Assembly (NCBI GenBank): GCA_951406725.2
Contig: OX597815.1
Coordinates: 72,602,001-72,666,000, forward strand
DNA length: 64,000 bases
Origin: Octopus vulgaris
Taxonomy: Eukaryota
Direction of reading: 5' to 3'
Below the pieces are notes generated by a model. The model was not told the DNA's origin, did no database searches, and saw only the letters and a program-made list of their open reading frames with translations. Below, piece by piece: positions 54,859 to 64,000 of this stretch. Each line of letters opens with the position of its first letter. Position 1 is the first letter of the stretch. The position numbers and the translations under genes are program-made.

Positions 54859-55119
54859 CTGTGTTTGTCCCCCCCAACATCGTTTGGACAACCGATGCTG
54901 GTGTGCTTACGTCCCCGTTACTTGTGTGCTTACGTCCCCGTAACTTAGCGGTTCGGAAAAAAAAAAAACGATAGAATAAGTACTAGGTTTACAAAGAATA
55001 AGTCCCGGGGTCGATTTGCTCGACGAAAGGCGGTGCTCCAGCATGACCGCAGTCAAATGACTGAAACAAGTAAAAGAATAAAATAATAACTAGTTCAGAG
55101 ACCTTTTGATGCCAGCTCG
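53820..55119 (+). mobile_element. mariner (DD34D) element, internally deleted, TA-flanked
   Basis: TIRs ccaggtcgtatcaaaaagttcccggactagtt and aactagttcagagaccttttgatgccagctcg. Motifs KLGKSVTET, LEDDQRSGRP, HREFVPQGQTVN..FY and HPPYSPDL. Confidence 0.9.
54627..55082 (+). mobile_element. SINE family B nested in the mariner
   Basis: Full-length copy; carries an internal tandem duplication of gtgtgcttacgtccccgt. Confidence 0.9.
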
Positions 55120-55978
55120 TATTTAAACTTTCTGCACAACAAAGAAGTTTATGTCACAACCAAGATGTTCCTCGAATTTTTCGAAATTTCTGCTTACGGT
55201 ACCCAACGCACCGGTGGCAGGTGTCATTACCTTTACACTCTTACATTCCCATAGTCGCTTATCTCGTATCTCAGATCATTGTACTTACCAAGCTTTACCT
55301 GTTCTTTCTCTTTCACTCTCTAACAATGGACATTCTCTTTCACTCTTTCACAAAGGGACTTTTTTTCTGAAAGATAAGGATATCGGACTGTGAATGTTCC
55401 ATGACCATATCTTTCTGCAATTTACAGTCCCACAGGATTTTCGTATTTTCTTTCACCAATATCTTCTCAACCTTGTGATCATACCACTTTTTGAAAGAAG
55501 GAAGTTGTACATCTTAGAGATTTCCCAATGCACAGCATTCGCCACCCTATTATGTCTCCTCTTCTGTGTTAGTTTTAGACATTCTGAAACTATGTGAGCA
55601 ATCGTTTCCTCTCTTTCACCTCACATCCTACGCTTCCTGTCAATATTTTCTTTGTCAATGACTTTCCTAATGTTTCTCGTTTGCAAAGCTTGCTCCTGCG
55701 CAACCATAATCATTCCTGCAGTCTCTAACTTCAGGCCACTTCCCTTCAGCCAGTTCCAGCTCTTATCTCCTTGAACTCTGCCTGTAGCTGCAACGAATTT
55801 CTCATGTAATTGTTTGCTGCCATAGGACCTTTCCTTTTCATGTTGCACGTCTTTTCTTCCCCCTTTCCAACATCAAGGATATTTTCCTTTTTTACCGACT
55901 TCATTAATTTTTCGTTGTTTCCGCTTATGTATATTTTGAGATTGGTAACCTCCATATTCGCACAATCTTCAACACTTA

Positions 55979-56189
55979 CGAGCTAAAAAGTTCCTGGCTT
56001 TAAGGGTATCGCGAAAGAGTATGGCGAAAAACTCGGGTACTCGGGATACCCGAGTTTTTTTAAAAGGGACTACAAAAATTGAAGGACCGTTGCAATAAGT
56101 GTGTGAAATTGAAAGGGGAATATGTTGAATAAAATCATAATTAATTAACCCACCTGTATTTTCTTTTACCCAAAGCCAGTACCCACTCG
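55979..56189. mobile_element. mariner-derived MITE inserted at a TA in the LINE
   Basis: TA|cgag..aaaagttcctggctttaagggta...tacccaaagccag..ctcg|TA. Removing it restores the LINE motif GGRGFISVEDC. Internal palindrome aaaactcgggta/tacccgagtttt. Confidence 0.8.
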
Positions 56190-56315
56190 TATAAAACCCC
56201 GCCCTCCTTTACCCCTCTTCACATATAGCCGGTGAACATCTCTTTAGGGATGGAATGCCCTTTATAATGTTAACAATTTTCTAGTTTTTCTGTCTAAGGT
56301 CATTATAGGTCATCC

Positions 56316-56317
<2 letters not shown>

Positions 56318-56383
<66 letters not shown>

Positions 56384-56745
56384 GCCTTTGCACAGCTTCT
56401 AACGCTGGAGATGTACTACGGTGTCAGCTGCTCACTACCAGTGAACTAAGGTAACACTTCTTATTTTTCGAGCACATTCTAGAGTATTCGAGCGGTTCCA
56501 AGTAGTGCTGTTTTCTGGAAGTGCTCCACCCTTATTGCAGCCCCTATTTGTTCCACGTACTTCTCAAGATTTTTGCTCACTGTTCCCAGGGCTCCGACAA
56601 TTATTGGTACTACTGCTACCTTTTTCATTGACCACAACTGCTTAACTTCCCAAGCTAACCTGTCATATCTCACGACTTTTCTTTCTTCCTTATCGCATAC
56701 CTTGTTGTCAGCTGGACTTGCTATATCTATGATCCAGCATAGATT
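56318..56745 (-). mobile_element. Second R4/Dong-like 3' end with (TAA)n tail
   Basis: WIIDIASPAD...RYDRLAWEVKQLWSMKKVAVVPIIVGALGTV...QKTALLGTARIL, then a 3'UTR of about 95 nt and (TAA)n. Confidence 0.85.
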
Positions 56746-57100
56746 TTAACGCCGTAGACAATCACCTGGCTTGCCTGGTGCTTAGCACATCTCAGGAAGC
56801 CCCACCTGACATCTGTTCCGTACCTGTTGAACTTACCTCGATCAGGTAGTACTGCTAGGCTTTGAATTTCTGGAAGTTATCTATAGTAGCCTCCAGCTCC
56901 AAAGACCTCTGAAACAGACCAGCTCGTCCGTTCTCGTCGATGCCCAGAGCTTCCCCGAGAATGTCGCTGCTCTTACTAACCACTAGAACTTGTATATATT
57001 GCTAAGCTTTGGCTAGAACTTCCTCCAAGCGCATTGGTCGACTGGGAAAATGTGGTGAGCATCAATAACAATGAAGCCGAAAGATGTTGGAAAGGAGATA

Positions 57101-57622
57101 CTGTAAATCCTCGTGTATAATCCACATTTTCCCCCAAAATTTAAAAGTCAAAACCACTAGTGCGTACTATATACGAGGTTAAAAATGAAAATTATTTTCT
57201 AAGCAATGTACGAGTCTCTATTTGCTGCTGTCCGGCAATGTTTATTCCGACGCATTTTGTGATGTAGGGCGCGAAAATACCTTAAGCTAAGCCTGAAAAC
57301 AATGAAGTCATAAAAGAATCATCCATAACTTGCAGTCAGCAACATTTATTAAATGTTATTACTGTTATTTCTGTTATTTCTTTATTTTCTGCAAACAAAA
57401 TGCACAAAAACAGCTACACGTTTGCATTATGTTATATATACAATAATAATAAAGGATGTTACCGTATACATTTTTACAAACCAAGGACACTATATAGACC
57501 TCCTTGACTCAAGTTAGAGAAGGGTGCATATTATACACAAGGTTTAGGTTTTTCAGAGGTACAGCTCCCTAAAATCCCCTGCGTATTATACTCAAGGGCG
57601 GACTATACTCGAGGATTTACGG
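57101..57622. mobile_element. pogo/Tc2-like MITE
   Basis: TA|ctgtaaatcctcgtgtataatcc...ggactatactcgaggatttacgg|TA, with subterminal tgcgta(c/t)tatatac repeats. Confidence 0.8.
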
Positions 57623-57769
57623 TACGCATTATCGAGTTGTAGAAAAGGGCATTTCTGTATTCTGCAAGAATTCTGAGAAAGATCTCTGAAATTTGAGGAG
57701 ACTTGTTATCACCAAATCTCAAGACAACGTACCTGCTAGTTAAAATGATACATAATGAGTAATTAACCA

Positions 57770-58130
57770 TTGTTTCGCATTTTGACGCAAGAACAACAAT
57801 TTTGAAGAGAAGGGGATAAGTCGATTAAGTCTTCGCCAGTATTTGACTGGTACTTTACCGGCCTCAGAAGGGGGAATAGCAGACTTGATCTCAGCAGGAT
57901 TTGAGCTCAGAAGGTAAAACGACGGATCAAAGGCCGCATTTTTGTCTGGCACTCAAACGATTCTGCCCGCTCGCCACCTCATAATGTCTTCAGATTTTGG
58001 CACAAGACCAGCAATTAAAAGGGGAGGGGATTAGTGGATACCATCTACCCCAATACTTGACTGGTACTTTATTTTCTCGACCCCTAAAGGAATGAAAAAC
58101 AAAGTTGACTTCGGCAGGATTTGAACTCGG
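57770..58130 (-). mobile_element. Two diverged SINE family A units
   Basis: Homology to the family A reverse complement. Confidence 0.7.
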
Positions 58131-58544
58131 CCAATGAAGAACCGAATAATAATGACGATTGTTTGAAACTACCACCACCATCACCACTGTCATCATCATC
58201 ATCATCAGCAGCAGCAGCAGCAGCAACAGCAGTAGCAGTAGTAACAGCAGTAGAAGTAGCAGCAGCGGCAGTAGCAGCGGCTGCGTCATCACCATGATTA
58301 TCGTTGCTGACAACGTCGTTACGACTATTATTGTTTAAACAGGCAGAGATGGTAGTGGAGGAGGAAGTACAGGTGGTGCAGGTGGTGGAGGCAGTGGTCA
58401 GGAGTGGCGGATGATGGTGGTTGTGGTGGTGGTGGTGGGTGTCATGTCGATTTAATCGACCCTCAGTACTTAACTGGTAATTATTTTATTGACTGTTGAG
58501 ATGAAAAGCGTAGTCAGTCCCAACGGGAAAACAATCACCGTCGG

Positions 58545-58586
<42 letters not shown>

Positions 58587-58589
58587 GAC

Positions 58590-58633
<44 letters not shown>

Positions 58634-59002
58634 CACTCAACCTCAATCACCTTCATCATCATCATGATCGATCACTACCACCAACCATCACTAGACCACC
58701 GTCATCCCCATCATCGCCATCATCATCATCATCTCCGATGATGATGACCGTGTTCGTCGTCAACATCTTCATTATCATCACCATCACTATTTATTATACG
58801 ATGATGATGATGATGATAATGAAGATATTGGCGACACCAACGAACAAAAACAACAAAAAGAAGATACACATGCATATATATACATATATACACACATACA
58901 TGCGCCTACGCACACACACGCACATATTTACAGATGTATATATATATATATATATATACATGAATAAACATACACACATATATGTATGTGTGAGAGATTA
59001 TC

Positions 59003-59066
<64 letters not shown>

Positions 59067-60118
59067 CACACCCACGTTATTATGCATACACACACACGCA
59101 CACATACATACACGCGCGCACAAACACACAAGCGTACACGCGCACACAATATATAAAACAGATAAAGCTGTCAAAGCTTTTGATCTACACAAGTTTATTT
59201 CTCCTGACAATGAAAACTGTTTTGCTGGTGGAGAAAATACTTCAAAGTAAATCGTACATGTTTTTGATCTGCAATACATCATACATCGACCAAACATGCA
59301 GAAAGCCTCACTCACTCACTCACTCAGTCACTCACTCAATCAATCAATCACTCACTCACTCAATCACTGTCTTTCTTTCTCTCGCGCTCGCTCGCTGGCT
59401 CGCTCCCACTCAATTTAGCTGTCTCTCTGTCGCTCATTGTCTCTCTCTGTCTGTCTGTCTCTTCCTCTCTCGCTCTCGTTCTCTTCTCTACATGCTATCG
59501 TCACCACCAGCATCGCTGCCATCATCGCCGCCACCACAGCTATTACAGTCTTTCTCTCTCTCTCTCTCTTTCTCTCTCGCTCGCTCTTTCTCTCTCTTCA
59601 CTATCCGGTTATCTAACCTGCCGGCTTACTGTGTAGACAACAATAAGTTACATGTCTCGCTGTGTTATCCGCCAACCGGAGCCGAAACCAAGCCAAACCA
59701 GACCAAAACAACAAACATTTACAAACATACTTAGACACACACACGCACACACAAATACGCAGGGACACGCACACACGTATACGTACACACACACATACAC
59801 GCACACACATACACTCACACACGTGCATAGATACATACATACATACATATATACATACATACATACACACACACCTATACGTACATATATAATACATACG
59901 TAGGTATACACACACACACACACACATACCACACATACACATGCAAGAATACGTACACATACATTTACGTACATACATATATACATACACCCACGCACAT
60001 ATATATATACGTATATATACGTCCATACACGCATACATACACAGATACAGACATACACATATCTTACATGTACACATACATATGAACGTACAAGGTACAT
60101 ACATACAAATAAACATAC

Positions 60119-60185
<67 letters not shown>

Positions 60186-60664
60186 CACACACACATACAC
60201 ACACATACACACATACATACGGGCATACACATACGTACACCAAAGATTGTTTCTGGTTTCCAGCGATGCTGGATGACGTTGGGTGATGTCTGGGCGATGT
60301 CTGAGAGAGTATATTGGTGTGAAAGAGAAAAAGAGACGGCGGGGAGTGATGCTGACGATGTTGGGGGATGTTAGACGGGAATGGAGGGAAGTTGAGGTCA
60401 TTCGGGACTACTTCGATCCACTGCCAACCGCTCCCCCCACCCCTCATCACACCCTCCACACCCACATACACACCCCTACACACACACACACACACTTAGA
60501 CATACACACATATCCACTGCAATTTACAGCCTTGCAGATCTTGTTTTTCTGTCACATTTTTAGCCTTTCTTCTCCAAATCCGCCTTACTATATTCTTAAA
60601 TCCTGCCCCCCCTCTCCCTCTCTTCCTGTATGTGTGTCTATGTGTGTGTGTGCGTGTGTGTGTA

Positions 60665-60714
<50 letters not shown>

Positions 60715-60935
60715 GTACATATTAACACATATTGGACTTCTCGACTTTTCGACTTCTGTTTTCTCTCGGATTTTCTTGGCCTTACAATCTGCATCCTCCT
60801 TTTTTTTTGCCGTTTCCTTTCTTTTCTTCTTCCTTTTTCTAATTCCTGCGTTGCTTTTCCTCTTCCTCCGTCCCCTCTCTCTCTACATACATACATACAT
60901 ACATACATACATACATACATACATACATACATACA

Positions 60936-60966
<31 letters not shown>

Positions 60967-61358
60967 TTACATATTTACATATATATATATATAAACATAC
61001 ATATATATGCACATTATATACATATACATATATATGTACACACGCATAATGCATGCACACACACACAGATATATACATATATACACACATGTATATACAC
61101 AATATATACACATACATATACATATACGTAAAATACATATATAGAAACGTGATCATATACACACAAAATACATATTACATACACACACATCACACATTTA
61201 TATGTATGTATGTATGTATGCATCTATGTATTCATGTATGTATACATATGTGTGTGTATACAATTTTCGTCCAGGATGTTGGTTTTGTTTGTTTTTGAGG
61301 TTTTTGTTGGTTTGTCTAGGTCTGTTCCGTTTGTTGTTGATATTGTCGTTCCTTGCGG

Positions 61359-61458
<100 letters not shown>

Positions 61459-61525
61459 ATATATATATATGTATATATGTATATGTATATATGTATATAT
61501 ATACATATATATATATACATACATA

Positions 61526-61558
<33 letters not shown>

Positions 61559-61767
61559 CTTCCCTTTCTCTCTTCTCTCACTCTCCTCTCTCAACTCCAT
61601 CCTCACTCCAGCCACCCCTCCTAAACATCGTCTTCTTACCCCCTATATCGCCTTAGAATAACAATAACAACAACAACAACAACAACAGCAACAACAAATA
61701 GAACAATATATTTATTTCCACTCATTTATTTTTTCCCCGCCATACAACCAACCCCTCCTCCCTACAG

Positions 61768-61862
61768 GCAACACCCTACCAATACCACCCCATGACCATC
61801 ACCACGGCTGGCACAGGGGCCACTAGCCCCACCAGCAAACAACTGCGCTGTCCTTTGAACAG
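61768..61862 (+). other. Candidate 95-nt exon (unverified)
   Basis: Pyrimidine tract and cag| acceptor, open frame ATPYQYHPMTITTAGTGATSPTSKQLRCPLN, and a cag|gtgaga donor; no homology recognised. Confidence 0.2.
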
Positions 61863-62130
61863 GTGAGAATGATATGTTACCCGGTGCTTCAGAAAGGATA
61901 GCTATCCCTCAGGCAGGACAGATAATCATTGGTCCCAACACTACCAATATTACCACCACCACCACTACCACCATCACCACTACCACCACCACCACCACCA
62001 CCACCATAGCCTCCGTCGTCGCCGTCGCTACCACGACCGACTCCACCACCACCACCACCACCTCCCAATAATGATTTCTAATACTGGCACAAAGGCTACA
62101 CGTTTGAGAGGAAGGGTGGAGTCGATTTTG

Positions 62131-62187
<57 letters not shown>

Positions 62188-62530
62188 GATGATGGTGGTG
62201 TGGGTGTGGTTGTGGTGGTGGTGGTGGCGGTGGTGGTGGCGGTGGTAGTGATGCTGGTGGTGCTGGTGATGGCGGTGGTGGTGGTGACGGCGGCGGTAGT
62301 GGTGGTGGTGGTGGTGGCGGTGGTGGTGGTGGTGGTTGTGGTACTGCTGCTGCTGCAGGTACCGCTGGAGGCGGCGGCAACGATTACTTTTATCTGCCAC
62401 TGAGACGACGTTTGAGAAAGACAATCACAAAGACTTACATAAAATACGAGGATTTACGTAAAAAAAAATATCGAATAAGGAAAAAAAACTTATATACAAA
62501 TTTAACATTGTATACAAATAATGAAAGGGC

Positions 62531-62616
<86 letters not shown>

Positions 62617-62639
62617 TAATAACAATAATAATGATAATA

Positions 62640-62847
62640 ATTCTTTCTGCTACAGGCACAAAGGCCTTAAATTGTCAGGGAGGGGACTAGTCGATTACAT
62701 CGACACCAGTGTTTCACTGGTACTTAATTTATCGACCCCGAAAGGATGAAAGATAAAGTCGACTTCGGCGGAATTTGAACTCAGAACGTAGCAATGGATG
62801 AAATACCACTAAGCATTTCGTCCGGCGCGCTAACGATTCTGCCAGAT
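62640..62847 (-). mobile_element. SINE family A
   Basis: atcgaccccgaaaggatgaaagataaagtcgacttcggcggaatttgaactcagaacg. Confidence 0.85.
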
Positions 62848-63385
62848 TGCAGTGGCTCTCGTGGCTTCTGATCTTAACTGATTGGAAGTGTTATCAATGT
62901 ACATTGTTTTGTCTTGGTATAAAGGATGGGCTACAGCAAATATTCTGCTCAATACCACAGATTTACTTGTCAGTTGTTTGACCTTAACCAGTTGAGCATG
63001 TCCCTTAGTGACTGACGATATGTGCATCTCTGATCACGAGCAGAAGTAGTGGGAGAGTATCATAGCCATGTGTTGAGAGGGATTCTTTGGGCTTGAATAA
63101 TTCACCTCTGGAAACATGGGTGTTTTGTTCAATATCCTTAAAAAACCCTTATACAGGAACCCTTTGAGTAGGATGGGTTAATCGACCAGAAGAAAATTCT
63201 AACTGGGTCCCACTTGCAAGGTCATGCGCTGTTTATCTTGATATGAGATCACCAAGTCGCATACATATGTTTGTGATGCACATGTCTAGTCTACCCTTAT
63301 CAGACGGGTAGTCATGATGGGTATACTGGGTTTCGTATATCTTACCCCAGTGTCACTTTGATGACATGCACTGCTCTCTAACTCG
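62848..63385 (+). mobile_element. Second copy of the (TAA)n-tailed 540-bp element
   Basis: Matches 25600-26119. Confidence 0.8.
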
Positions 63386-63403
63386 ATAATAATAATAATA
63401 ATG

Positions 63404-63493
<90 letters not shown>

Positions 63494-64000
63494 TCTTTTT
63501 ATTGGCCACAAGGGCTGACTCACATGATTAGTAAACATAAAGGGACAAAACAGGACGAAAGGTTACAAAGGGTTTTGTCCGTTTTTGAAAAAATCCGAGT
63601 AAAAACTGTTTAACAACGAAAGATTATAACAATGAAAAAATCCCAATAGGGGGAGGCGCTTCGAAAGGTTCCTGGTGGAAAATACCCCATAAAAGCCAAC
63701 GGGAGCCTGGTCAAAAGGGGGTAGAGAGCCCCTTTCTCCTTTTATAAAACCTTTTTCAATCACAGGCGAAACCTGAGAATTGGTCCATTTATACTGGCCA
63801 TTCTCGCACAATTCACCCACCTTTCAGAAAACTTGCTATCGGACAGCACTCTCCTCTCTAACCTCATCTTCCTTTTCAAGTGAAACTTGAAAAAATTGAT
63901 GAAGCCTTGACCAAAAAAGAAAGTGTCTGACTTTAGCCCTTTCAAACGGGTCCACCATACAACTTCTTTCGCCACAGCCACTAGGCACAAGAAAACGGCC
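63494..64000 (-). mobile_element. L1/Tx1-like LINE 3' end (ORF2 C-terminus plus 3'UTR), runs off the window
   Basis: ORF 63760-63990 AKEVVWWTRLKG...FKFHLKRKMRLER...FSERW; the 3'UTR ends cccttgtggccaataaaagaa before an (ATT)n tract. Confidence 0.8.

Larger units (their letters stand above)
53760..56305 (-). mobile_element. R4/Dong-like RLE non-LTR retrotransposon 3' part, split by a mariner and a MITE
   Basis: DRKTRKLL..FHP..DVHRLY..GGRGF|ISVEDCA, SWNWLK..LKLETAGMIMVAQEQALQTR, EETIAHIVSEC..RHNRVA..HW..KILWD, and the C-terminus VVQKV*I|LGSART..ILAT*. Confidence 0.85.

Noticed and set aside
61780-61795. YHPM as a Hox hexapeptide
   Set aside because: It lacks the invariant W of YPWM, and no homeobox exon is seen in the window.

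Overview
AT-rich, microsatellite-saturated animal genomic DNA with no recognisable intact host protein-coding gene. The recurring tRNA-headed SINE families look like those of Octopus (inference from remembered repeat sequences, not a database search). Almost every ORF in the supplied track is a translation of a simple repeat. The real coding remnants are all decayed mobile elements: Tc1, mariner, a third Tc1/mariner-type element, Ty3/gypsy RT, Penelope RT, R4/Dong-like RLE LINEs, RTE LINEs and L1/Tx1 LINE 3' ends. Several MITEs are also present. Non-coding highlights: (1) three well-formed minimal type-I hammerhead ribozyme motifs, one with a 19-nt antisense clamp over its catalytic core; (2) a U6 snRNA retropseudogene; (3) a nested insertion (R4-like LINE holding a mariner that holds a SINE, plus a MITE) whose SINE plus about 280 bp of 3' flank was copied in inverted orientation about 6 kb away, ending exactly at a T7 tract; (4) a SINE whose 3' tail matches the 3' end of a Tx1-like LINE and which makes 17-20 bp TSDs; (5) a 192-bp foldback hairpin; (6) a duplicated non-coding block with a 44-bp invariant core. 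Coordinates of degenerate repeats are approximate (about +/-10-20 bp).
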